A stretch of 61,829 nucleotides of DNA from Octopus bimaculoides (lineage: Eukaryota): positions 32,155,488-32,217,316 of the forward strand of contig NC_069001.1 in assembly GCF_001194135.2 (NCBI RefSeq), written 5' to 3'. Within the stretch, counting starts at the first letter, position 1; every line of letters begins with the position of its first letter. The notes under the pieces are model-generated. The model was not told where the DNA came from. It made no database searches and saw nothing but the letters and a program-made list of their open reading frames with translations. Shown piece after piece: positions 49,176 to 60,870 of the stretch. The translations under genes and the position numbers were made by a program.

Positions 49176-49485
49176 TATGGGCCTCACCGAGGCGATGACT
49201 ACTGACCGAGACCTTTGGAAATGTGCTGTGCGTGAGAAGACCCGGCAAGCCAAGTAAGATCGTTGCCAGTGCCCCTGGACTGGTTCTTGTGCAGGTGGCA
49301 CATGAGATGCACCATTTTGAGCGTGGCCGTTGCCAGTACCGCCTGACTGGCTCCCGTAGGATTTTCGAGCGAGATCGTTGCCAGTGCCCCTGGACTGGCT
49401 TGTGCGGGTGACACATAAAAGACACCATTTCGAGCGTGGCCGTTTTCGTGCGGGTGACACGTAAAAGCACCCACTACACTCTCTG
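49176..49485 (+). mobile_element. Young RTE LINE 3' end including the ORF stop and the modular 3'UTR; runs into a gap
   Basis: Frame GLTEAMTTDRDLWKCAVREKTRQAK* (TAA at 49255-49257), followed by repeated gccagt-N8-actgg(c/t) modules. Confidence 0.9.
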
Positions 49486-50049
49486 NNNNNNNNNNNNNNN
49501 NNNNNNNNNNNNNNNNNNNNNNNNNNNNNNNNNNNNNNNNNNNNNNNNNNNNNNNNNNNNNNNNNNNNNNNNNNNNNNNNNNNNNNNNNNNNNNNNNNNN
49601 NNNNNNNNNNNNNNNNNNNNNNNNNNNNNNNNNNNNNNNNNNNNNNNNNNNNNNNNNNNNNNNNNNNNNNNNNNNNNNNNNNNNNNNNNNNNNNNNNNNN
49701 NNNNNNNNNNNNNNNNNNNNNNNNNNNNNNNNNNNNNNNNNNNNNNNNNNNNNNNNNNNNNNNNNNNNNNNNNNNNNNNNNNNNNNNNNNNNNNNNNNNN
49801 NNNNNNNNNNNNNNNNNNNNNNNNNNNNNNNNNNNNNNNNNNNNNNNNNNNNNNNNNNNNNNNNNNNNNNNNNNNNNNNNNNNNNNNNNNNNNNNNNNNN
49901 NNNNNNNNNNNNNNNNNNNNNNNNNNNNNNNNNNNNNNNNNNNNNNNNNNNNNNNNNNNNNNNNNNNNNNNNNNNNNNNNNNNNNNNNNNNNNNNNNNNN
50001 NNNNNNNNNNNNNNNNNNNNNNNNNNNNNNATATATATATATATATATA

Positions 50050-50176
50050 CAGGGTGTCCAAAAAAGCTGGGTACATAGGGATTAACACATACTTTAAGAA
50101 ATTATTATTTCTTACATTTAATTGTTTATATTATGATTTTATTTACTTCATGTACCCAGACTTTGTGGACACCCTG
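50050..50176. mobile_element. Tc1/mariner-type MITE (127 bp) with TA TSD
   Basis: TA-cagggtgtccaaaaaagctgggtacat ... atgtacccagactttgtggacaccctg-TA. Confidence 0.88.
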
Positions 50177-50555
50177 TATATATGTGTGTATGTGTGTGTA
50201 AACATTATTGGCCACATATACTTAATGTACATGCTTAGTGTATTTGCTGGTAGGCTGCAAATTTGGCGTGGTGGAGATCACTCTTCGAAAGCACCAGGTG
50301 TTAAAACACGAGAGTCATGGACAGGTGAGACATTTCACCTCCGATCCCTTGATATCAAATGATTGTTGTAAATGAATGCCACCATCATACAGTATCCCTC
50401 GTGAATAATCTGTGAAAACGTGGCTAAATATTACCTTACTTGAAAACAAGAGAGCATTGGTGACAAAAAAGGCATGTGGTTGTGGAAAATCTGTCTCAAC
50501 AACCTCTGTCCAACTCTTTATGGAAATATGGCCTTTAAAACAATGATGATGATGA

Positions 50556-50612
<57 letters not shown>

Positions 50613-51604
50613 TTGTTTGACTCCAGGTAAACTTTGACTCAGTAGAACAATGCGCAAAGGCATTTCAACAACAACCATCCATCCTGGACCAGTTGTTGAG
50701 TGTCCCACTTAATTATGATTTTATTCAACATACTCTCCTCTCACATTCACACACTTATTGCAGTCGTCTTTCAGTTTTTCTAAGCCCTGTAAAATAACTC
50801 AGAAGGTTGGGCCTCCAACCAGGCTATTCATGATACCCTTAAAGCCAGAAATTATATATATATATATAGCATAGCACTGATAAATCAAGCTAAAGGTTGT
50901 TTTTTTTATAAATTTGTCTTTCAGTTATTAGATAAACATTTTCCTATGTATATATACATAATTTAATGTCCTCCTTTCCATGTGCGTGCATGTAGAACTA
51001 ATAAGCAAATACATATGCTTTGATCCCTTTCATGCCAAGAGTTCTCTTTATAACAGTTAAAATATTTAATCACCATCAAATAATAACCATGTTCTAGCAA
51101 TAAAGGTGAGTCTCAACTGATTACATAGAAACTAGGTCCAAATTTCATCTTTGCATGTTGTCACATCTGCTAACGGTGATTCATACGACAGACCTTATCA
51201 TATTGACTTAATAAAGATGGAAGTAAGCTGGAGTGCTATTTGCAGAAATATTTCAAACAATAACTGTATAAGTGACGTCAAAGAGCAATAACCATTAAAA
51301 TGCTTCAGTTGCTGAATAAGAACTCAGTCACTCCATTATTCCTTCTGCTTTGTAATTCATATAATTAAACACATCTGCTTGAATATCTAAATGAATGAAT
51401 GAATGAATGAACAAGCACATTCTGAAGGACCTCAGATGTAGTCACACACTGTCATCTGCTGCTGCTGCTGCAGCCATACATACACTCAGCCAGGGTCCTC
51501 CATATCCTGAACATTATGTCATCAGACCATCTTTGTCTCTCTCAAGCTCGTTTTCCATCCATCTAAACCAAAGATGTGTAGGCACAGAAAACTTAGCAAG
51601 TCTC

Positions 51605-51605
<1 letters not shown>

Positions 51606-51637
<32 letters not shown>

Positions 51638-51643
51638 GTAATA

Positions 51644-51692
<49 letters not shown>
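51606..51692. repeat. (AAT)n microsatellite
   Basis: Directly visible. Confidence 0.97.
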
Positions 51693-51693
<1 letters not shown>

Positions 51694-52240
51694 CTTTTCT
51701 ACTATAGGAACAAGACCACTCAGTAATTTTAATTAAAAGAATTTTGAACAAGGGCCTAAGTAACAGATGTTGACCCCATGTGTATAGGTGTATATGAATC
51801 AGTGGATTAGGGATAAATTCCTCTATTTGCCATTGTGTCCAATATAATTAATTTACTCCCCCAAATGATTTAGAAACCAGAGAAACAGCAAAGTATTTAA
51901 GGTCATTAAGGTCAATACAAACGTGACAATGACAACAACAACAACAACAGCGTAACTGATTAAACTGTCTTTTGTGTATGTTGAAATGAAAACAATGGCA
52001 GCTAACTGGACAATTCCTGACCTTCAAGGTGTGCAAATTTACTAAATTTAACAACAGTGCGTACTGACTCACAGAGATTTTGAGAAATTAACTTTCTGCG
52101 ATAGAAATATTTAGTAACGTTTTAAACAAAATCTCATCACAAACTTTTGTTGCTCATTGCTTTTTTTTTAGTCAAACAAAAAAAAGTGACTATAAACTAA
52201 ACTGACCACAACACCTGTTAACAATGCTATTATGGATTAT

Positions 52241-52756
52241 CTTAACTCTGAAGGATTTAAACCAGCCATATCCAGCCCAAATTTTCTACCTGTTTTATGT
52301 TCAAACTGGTCATATCCGGCTTCTCATATCTATTCTACAATGTCCTTCTAAAAATAAACAATCAAAGCTTCAAAGCTGTGAGGTATTGCCTGATCAATTA
52401 AGAACAACCATCATCATGTAACGTTCGTTTTTCCATGCTGGCATGGGTTGGAGGATTTGACTGAAAACTGGTAGGCTGGGGTGCTGCACTAGGTTCCAAT
52501 CTGATTTGGCACGGTTTCTACAACTAGATGCCCTTCCTAACACCAACCACTCCAGGAGTGTAGGGGGTGCTTTTTACGTGCCATTGGCATGGGTGCCAGT
52601 TATAAAACACCAGCATCAGCCATGACTGCAATCTCACTTGGCTTGACAGGTCTTCTCAAGCATGGTGTATTTCCAAAGGTCACGGTCACTTGTTGCTGCC
52701 TCCGTGAGGCGTCAAGCATTACATTTGACAGGGTAATCTGAATGCTAAACAGTTAA
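52241..52756. mobile_element. MITE1 interrupted by an antisense RTE 3' fragment (about 52408-52710)
   Basis: MITE1 stops at tgatcaattaagaacaa and resumes at aagcattacatttgacagggtaatctgaatgctaaacagTTAA. Confidence 0.75.
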
Positions 52757-53194
52757 AAGAGAAGAATTTGAAGAATTTCACAAAAAGACCATTGTGTATC
52801 TGCCTCATGGTGATTCTCCTTGGTAATCCTGCTATTATTGGTGGTCAGTTAAAATAAACATCCAAGAAATGCTGCTAAAATNNNNNNNNNNNNNNNNNNN
52901 NNNNNNNNNNNCTAGCCATATCTGGCCAAAATATTTTCTGTTTTATGTTCAAACTGGCCAGATCCAACATCTCACACCTACCCTACAATGTCAATCTAAA
53001 AGCATACAATTACATCATCAAAATCTCAAAGCTACAAGATAATGATTAATTCAAAACAATGTGAATATATTACCATCACATCTGACAGAGAAATCTGAAT
53101 GCCAAAGGGTTAAACCAGTTACATCCAGCTTAGTTTTATGTTCAAATCAGCTAGATCCAGCCTCTCACACCAACTCTACAATGTCAATCTAATT

Positions 53195-53463
53195 CAGTGG
53201 TTCCCAAACATTTTTGGGCTGCCACCCACTTGGCACCCAGACAACATTCCTAGCACCCCTTACACACTTACCCCTATAAACATAGACCATTTTCTGCACC
53301 AAATTCAAAACAAAACAACCTAATTAACCCATAATTTTGTTTTTACAGCCATCATCCCCTTTTGGCCACCAAATTATCACCTCATTTTTCTTCAACTCCC
53401 CAACACCACCAGATCTTTCCACCGTCCCCAGTGGGGCAGTACCACCTGCTTTGAGAACCATTG
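53195..53463. mobile_element. hAT MITE with 8-bp TSD, inserted in a MITE1 fragment
   Basis: TIR cagtggttcccaaa / tttgagaaccattg; flanks atctaatt / atttaatt. Confidence 0.82.
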
Positions 53464-54714
53464 ATTTAATTTAAAGACCCTTGTGTTGTTAGTAATTGAA
53501 CATTTGAAAAGGAGTTGAGAGAAACAAAAAGTCTAACCACAATAAATTCATTCACAAAAGACTGTAGAAAACATAAGTTTTTGAACAAAGTAATTAATCC
53601 TTTTGTTAGCATATTTCTGTTGAAATACGGTATCTTTGTTTCAATTAATTTTTAAAATAATGAAGAATCTAGTGAAATGGTTTTATTGTTAATCTGGTGT
53701 TTGGAATAGAAATTAATATGAAATTTTGATGAAAGGCTTTACACTGAATTGCTTGACATCTTTAGCATTCAGATTATTTTGTCAAATGTAATGCTTACTT
53801 ATCAACATTGTTCTGAATTGATCATGCATTATATCATAGCTTTTGCTAAAAGTTTACTTAGGGAATTATCGTAATCCAAAGAAGTCTAGTTGGCCAAAAC
53901 TTCCAAACCACTGTCATCCCTCTTCTTGAAAAAGTATATGTAAAAACACCCAGTAAAGTGGTTGGTTTTTGGAAGGGCATCCAGCTGTATAAACCTTGCC
54001 AAAACTGACCTTGCCTGTGCTTGTGTTGCAGAAAAAGAACTAAGTCCACTTTGCTGAGTGATTGGTATTAAGAAGGGCATCCAGCCGTAAAAATCCTGCC
54101 TCGAAAGACATTTTAAGATCCACGAAGATCAGAACTTAACTGCAGCTCTTGGTGGTCCAAATCAGATATGCAATTTATGTATGTATCTTTTCAAAACACT
54201 GTCTGGTTTAAAAAGCCACATCAGATGCCATGATAGATCTAAGGTGTAAGTACAAAAGGTGGTCAGACTTTACATATGGAATAGACAACCACCACCAATG
54301 TATGTATAAGGTCTGTGTCTCCCTCCCTGTCTCTCTATATGTATGAGCATCAAGTTATGTTTCTATGTATAATGTCCTTCTCTCTCACTCTCTCTATCTG
54401 TATGTGCGTATTTCTGTGTATGCACTTGTGTCTGCCTCCAGCACCAAAAAAATAGTTTCACCAAAACAGGCTTGAAGTATAGTCAGCCATGCCAAATTGT
54501 CAGCAACCACACATCCATACCCAATTGTCTCATTCCGTCTGTCGTAAACCAATTCAAAAGAAGGCTATTATTCAAACTTTGTTCAGCTCACCCTTTGGTG
54601 CGTTAATCATGGCTACTCAACGATTAAGCCGCGTCTATCCATCAACATCATTCAACACTGCACCACACTTTCGTATTCAATACAAAATAAGATTTCTATT
54701 ATGCTAGTAGCAAA

Positions 54715-54890
54715 TATAGGTTTCAAATTTTGGCACAGGGCCAGTAATTTCAAGGGACGGGGTTAAGTCAATTACAGTGATTCCAGTGCTCAAATCATAC
54801 TTATTTCATTGACCTCAAAAGGATGAAAGCCAATGTCACTCAGAACTAAGGATTTTGACTGGCATGTTGACAATTCTGCCAGCTCGCCAT
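54715..54890 (-). mobile_element. SINE family B
   Basis: ggtttcaaattttggcacagggccagtaatttc ... aaaggatgaaagcc ... aattctgccagctcgcc. Confidence 0.8.
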
Positions 54891-55784
54891 CTTAACTAAC
54901 AGCAAATATTAAACATTATTTGTTCTGCATTAGTTTTGTTGGGTATTGAGTAATATTAATTAAAAAAAACTCAACTCAATTCACACATTTACAACAATTA
55001 GTTGAATAAGCAAACATCAATTAAACTAACAAACATTTTTTCCAAATGCCAGAGGTAGTCAAATACCCTACAAACAAGAAATATAATATGCTAAATTCAC
55101 TTGAACAAGCAAATATTTCTGATATTTTAATCATATAATCATATTTTTTACATGGAGGTTCCTTGGAATGAGATCATATTAAATTCCCATGATTTGTTTC
55201 TAGAGAGAGGAGGTGGGTGTTCCTGCTTTAGAATTTGCACTTTAATCTCGTTAAAAAAATACATTGAATGTGAAGTCACATGACCTAATGGTTGGGGTAT
55301 TGCACTCATGATGGCCAGATCAGGGGTTCAATCCCTGGACCAGATGGGGCATTGTGTTCTGGAGTAAAATACTTCATTTCCCATTGCTCCAATTCACTCA
55401 GCTGTAAATGGATAACCTGCAATGGACTGATCTGCAATGGAATGTTGGCCTGCTAGCCTAGCCAGCAGGGTGGTACTCTTTAAAAGCTAAATCAATGCAA
55501 AGTACATTGTGACCAGCGATGTGTAACAATAGCTGACAGTCTGGTCTATCACGTGATCATGTGACAGTGAATGTAATAAAATTTTGTTTAGTTTACGTTT
55601 TTATTGAATATCATTTTTTACTGACAGGAGCCATGAAAATTCACACATTTTACAAATTTCTTTAAACTTCAATGCCTAAATTTATAGACCTTCAAAACAT
55701 AGATTCATTGGGTTAAGCATTCTGATTATGCCATCAATTTCATTCCATAGCTGACACTGTTTAAAGTAGGACATTTGAAATTGT

Positions 55785-56073
55785 CTGCCAGTACTGCCTG
55801 ACTGGCCTTCATAGGATTTTCGAGCGAGATCGTTGCCAGTGCCCCTGGACTGGCTCTTGTGCGGGTGGCACATAAAATACACCATTTTGGGTGTGGGCGT
55901 TGCCAGTACCGCCTGACTGGCCTTCGTGCGGGTGACACGTAAAAGCACCCACTACACTCTCGGAGTGGTTGGCATTAGGAAAGGCATCCAGCTGTAGAAA
56001 CTCTCAGTCCTCAGTCAAATTGTCCAACCCATGCTAGCATGGAAAGTGGACGTTAAACGATGATGATGATGAT
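55785..56073 (+). mobile_element. RTE 3'UTR with three hairpin modules and a (GAT)n tail
   Basis: Near-identical to 49330-49485 and 29973-30170. Confidence 0.88.
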
Positions 56074-56620
56074 TTTGATTGTGTCGTGGATCTCCTTCCA
56101 TCGATGACACTGCTTAAAGCGTAACACTTGAATTTGTTACATAATGTTAATGATTTCAATTATGTCATCGATGTACTTCCATAGTTGAAACCATGACACT
56201 TCAATTTGTTCCATTATGTTAAAGAAAACACAAGGGTACGAATTATTTGAACTGATTGCAGGATGGATGTCTCCTAACGTTTCTCTCTCTCTCGTATTAA
56301 CATCTTTCTCGTTTTCTCTCCTATGTCTCTCTCACTCTTTCTGTCTGTATTTATATGTGGGGGCATCTAGTTATGTCTATACACATATGTAATGTCTGTC
56401 TGTCTCTCTCTCTCTCTCTTTCCCTCACCAACTGTATGTGTATATTTCTGCACATTTATGTGTGTTTACAATGCTAAAAAAAATTCTGTCGCCAAAACAA
56501 CCTGTTTTGGAGACAGTACGTTTTGGCACTGGAGGGTGGGTGTCTTCAGTGAGGAAACAATAGAAAAAGGGCGGACTGTCAAACTCAAAATGCGTCATTG
56601 CACACACACACACACACATA

Positions 56621-57005
56621 CTCTTTTACTCTTTTACTTGTTTCAGTCATTTGACTGTCCATGCTGGAGCACCGCCTTTAGTCAAGAAAATCGACCCCAG
56701 GACTTATTCTTTGTAAGCCTAGTACTTATTCTATCGTCTCTTTTTGCCAAAACGCTAAGTCACGGGGACGTAAACACACCAGCATCGGTTGTCAAGCGAT
56801 GGTGGGAGGGGGACAAACACACATACATATATATACATATATATATGACGGGTTTCTTTCAGTTTCTGTCTACCAAATCCACTCACAAGGCTTTGGTTGA
56901 CCCGAGGCTATAGTAGAAGACACTTGCCCAAGGTGCCACGCAGTGGGACTGAACCCAGAACCATGTGGTTGGTAAGCAAGCTACTTACCACACAGCCACT
57001 CCCAC
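56621..57005 (-). mobile_element. Young full-length SINE family A with a short internal (TA)n and an (AAAAGAGT)n tail
   Basis: Minus strand ggagtggctgtgtggtaagtagcttgc ... gggttcagtcccactgcgtggcaccttgggcaagtgtcttctactatagcc ... aagtaaaagagtaaaagagt; retains CpGs. Confidence 0.9.
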
Positions 57006-57199
57006 ACCTACATATATATATGTATCTATTGGCTAAAAAATGTAGGGAATATAAGTTTTCCACCAAAGTAATTAAAACTGTCCTCTAAAGAACTGACAAC
57101 CAACACAGTAAAGAATGTGGGTTCATAGATCTTATCAACGTCATGAAAAGTAGGGTCAAACAGCCAATTGGTAAAGTTGTTAGAATGTTGGAGAGAATG

Positions 57200-57530
57200 A
57201 TTCATAGAGGCAGGCATTTGCAACCGCACGGTTCAACCCCACTGTGGCAGCACTTTGGAGAAATGTTTTTTTGCTATAGCCCCCAGAGCTGCCAATGCCT
57301 AATGAGCGAATTTCATAAACAGAAAAGTTGGTTTTGTGTGTGTGTGTTGTCCCACCACCACTCAATAACCAGTGATGGTTTGTTTACACTCCTCTAACTT
57401 AACAGTTCAGCAAAAGAGACCAATATAAAAAGTACCAGACTTAAACAGATGTAAGTACTGGGGGGTTTGACTAAATTTTTCAAAGCAGTGCTCCAGCATG
57501 GCCACAGTCCTGTGATTGAAACTAACACAC
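57200..57530 (+). mobile_element. SINE family A, degraded
   Basis: cacggttcaaccccactgtggcagcactttgg ... ctccagcatggccacagtc. Confidence 0.72.
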
Positions 57531-58282
57531 ATACCTCATATACAGTTTAATCACCAATCATTTGCAGGTGTCTTATACATGTCCAAGAATAGGATACACG
57601 AATCAGTTGAAACCAACGCACAACTGCAAATGAAACTTAGTTTAAGAAGTAAATATTAAAAAAATATTTTATCTTTGAAGACAAAGTTAATAGACTGAAA
57701 AATTGTTATTAACAAATTATCTGAAACATTGGATAATTTACACAGTAGTTCATCATATAGACACCTCACTATGATCTTTGCTTTCTAATCTGTCAAGCTT
57801 AAAAAATTTATTTTTACCAATTTATTATTTTCTTTTCTTTTCTGTGTGCTATATCTACTCTATCACCATTTATTTACATCAGTCAAGTTGAGTGGAAATT
57901 ATTTGTTTTACTTTGATCGAGGTACTGAGAACAGTAAGCAGGTGGAGAAATGGAGTCAGGGGATATTCATTTTGCATAGAGGTGGTTATTATTTTTACTT
58001 CAAGACATTCTGGCACACACTGATTAAGTCTGACTAATATTCAATATTTTCTCTCAAGATTATTTCATCATTTACTTACTTCATCGTAATGAATCAGAAA
58101 CCAAATGTTTTATCCCACTTCATACATTCATAATTAAGTGAGATGGGTTGATGCGTACTGTTTGTAGACCACCCTCAACATATCAAATAAAACTTAATGT
58201 CACTTAGCTTTAGTCGGATGAGTAAAGGACTCCTAAGACTTGAAGATTTCCTGGGTTGGTGCTTAGCTCGAATTTTATGATA

Positions 58283-58625
58283 CTAACTTTTTTGATACCA
58301 ACCCACCTGAAACTTACCCTGCTTCTATGATACAAACTCCCTGTTTTAAATTTATCTTAATTAAAAAAAACTTCCATCAAAATTTCTTGCTCATTTTTCT
58401 TCCATATACCAGCTAAATAATAATCTTTTTATCTTTTGCTTGTTTCAGTCGCTAGGCTGTGACCATGCTGGGGAAATTTTAGACGAATGAATCGACCCCA
58501 ATACTACATTTTTTTTTTCTTTTTAAGAAGTGGTACTTATTTTATCTGTCTCTTTTGCCAAACTGCTAAGTTACAGGGACACAAACACACCAACACCAGT
58601 TGTTAAACAGTGATGTAGGAACAAG

Positions 58626-58667
<42 letters not shown>

Positions 58668-58913
58668 CAGCAGGCTTCTTTCAGTTTCTGTCTGCCAAAT
58701 CCACTCACAAGGCTTTGGTCAGCCTGAGGCTAGAGTAGAACACAGTTGCCCAAGGTGCCACACAATGGAAGTGAACCCAGAACCATGTGGTTGGGAAGCA
58801 AGCTTCTTACTACACAGCCACGCCTGACAAAGATATTTTTATAAATTCTTTGCTATTTACAAAATTAATTGAAACGAAGTGTATTTCAACAAGAAATATA
58901 GTAATATAGTTAA
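58283..58913. mobile_element. MITE2 split by a full-length SINE A (-, 58425-58825)
   Basis: MITE2 accagct.aataat|gacaaag is interrupted exactly between aataat (58424) and gacaaag (58826). Confidence 0.8.
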
Positions 58914-59629
58914 ACATGAGAGAGAAATCACTCATTGACTAGCACACCAATCTATCACAGGTAAGATTAATTACCAACAGCCAGGTGTACTGGATGAAAT
59001 GCAGAACAAAGTGTTTCACCTGCAAATACAATGAAACATCTACTACAAGTTCAAAATCATGATCTATAAAAGCCTGTTCATTATCCACACAGATCTTTCA
59101 GGTTTTACAAGAATTAAAATGGTCTTCTACCATCACTTTTGTGAGAAAGCTTCCTTGTAAAATCCCTTTTAATAACTGACATCAAGTTTTATTTATTTTA
59201 TTTTTTTTTTATGAATGACCAGCACGGAATTACCATCCTCGTGTTAGCTATCATCATCATCAGCCAGCAGATAATGGTGTATTTTGTTTTGCTTCTCACG
59301 TCATCCACTTTCACATTACATACATCCAGGCAAGACTTGACACTCCTTGAAAAATAGCATCCTTCTTTAATGTAAAAAAAAAAAAAGAAAAAATATCATG
59401 AAGTAATTCTCCAAACAATCCATTCAACTTCCTGTTTTAGTGACAAGCATCCTGTAGAAGATTCAAGATTCGTTAATTTTAATTAGAACAAATGTTGCCT
59501 ATGACATTATCATCATCCTCGTTAGCAACAGTAATAATAGTTACTTTTATCATATTTCTAAAGTATTTATTACTAGAGAAAGATTTCTAATTAACTAAAA
59601 CTAAATCAATGCAAAAACAAACAATGGTT

Positions 59630-59988
59630 TATAATTTGGGGAGAAGACTAGAAAGATGCTAAGTCGATACCATTGACCCCAGTACATGACCGGTATGTCA
59701 TTTTATCGACCCAAAGAGGATGAAGCAAAGTTGACTCCAAATCTAAAGGGTTGGAAGAAATACCACATATTTTCTTTTCTACTCTAGGCACAAGGGCCAA
59801 AACATTTGGGGGAGGGGGCCAGTTGATTAGATCGATTCCAATATGCAACTGGTACTTAATTTATCGACTCCAAAAGGATGAAAGGTAAAGTCGACCTCGG
59901 TGGAATTTGAACTCAGAACATAAAGACAAACGAAACACTGCTAAGCATTTCACCTGGCATGCTAACGATTCTGCCAGCTCGCCGCCTT
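59630..59988 (-). mobile_element. Two SINE family B copies (59630-59760 and 59770-59988)
   Basis: aaaggatgaaaggtaaagtcgacctcggtggaatttgaactcagaac ... ctgccagctcgccgcc. Confidence 0.85.
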
Positions 59989-60144
59989 ATACCACATGAT
60001 ATTTTGTCCAACGCTGAAACAAGAGAGATAATGAAGATAGAATAAAATATCTTAGACATACGTTCTACTAATTAGTTCAATACCTCACCCATCTGCATTC
60101 AATTCCCACTGGTGACAACATTTATTTTCATTCCTAACCTGAAG

Positions 60145-60460
60145 ACACATGATTTAGTGGTTAGGGTGTTCGGCTCAGGATCATAAGCCATGAGTTCAAT
60201 TCCCGGCAGTGCATTGTACCTTTGAGCAAGACTCTTTATTTCACACTGTTCCAGTCCATTCAACTGGCAAAATGAGTTCTACCTGTAATTCAAAACGGCC
60301 AGCCTTGCCAAATTTTCTCTCATACTGGATCTTACCGAGAACTACATTAAGGTAAACATGTCTATGAAGTGCTCAGCCACCTGCACATTAGTTTCAGGAG
60401 CAGGCTGTTGTGTTGATCAAATACATCAACTAGAACACCCACCATCATAACTAACAGAGA
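60145..60460 (+). mobile_element. SINE family D (tail D1)
   Basis: ttagtggttagggtgttcggctcaggatcataagccatgagttcaattcccggcagtgc. Confidence 0.8.
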
Positions 60461-60584
60461 ACCAGAACAACCTCAAGCAAAAAAAAAGTACTAATAATAC
60501 GAGTTCAATCCAGTCAACTGTATACCTTTGTCAATAAGGTAGGACTTGAGCCAGATCAATAAAACTAAAATGTTATAGATATAG

Positions 60585-60749
60585 GTGCAAGTGTGGCTGT
60601 GTGGTTAAGAAGCTTACTTCTCAACCACATGGTTCAAGGTTCAGTCCCACTGTGTGGTACCTTTGCCAAATGTATTTTACTATAGCTCTGGGTCAAACAA
60701 ACCTTTGTGAGTGGATTTGATAGATGGAAACTGAAAGAAGCCCATCATA

Positions 60750-60788
<39 letters not shown>

Positions 60789-60816
60789 TACACACACACA
60801 CATATCTATCTATATA

Positions 60817-60870
<54 letters not shown>

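Larger units (their letters stand above)
805..52910. other. Assembly gaps: 805-1281, 4920-4929, 10192-10351, 10834-11520, 13361-13688, 16804-16967, 19326-19384, 21899-22363, 29703-29972, 43228-43351, 44307-44919, 47580-47822, 49486-50030, 52882-52910
   Basis: Runs of N, most adjoining microsatellites or young repeats. Confidence 0.98.

Noticed and set aside
51270-51280. TGACGTCA (CRE) motif and scattered ATTTGCAT octamers
   Set aside because: Single 8-mers are expected by chance in 60 kb; no functional or conservation evidence is available.
56500-56555. Minus-strand CTGAAGA-cac...gtg-ccaaaacgta resembling a hammerhead
   Set aside because: It has CAAA instead of GAAA and no stem I complementarity.
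59225-59400. ATG|GTAATT donor-like site after unique sequence
   Set aside because: Phase 0 does not fit the phase-2 acceptor at 31381, and there is no other support.
15745-60200. tRNA-like A and B boxes in many places
   Set aside because: All are SINE heads continuing into SINE bodies; no complete cloverleaf is evident, so no tRNA genes were called.
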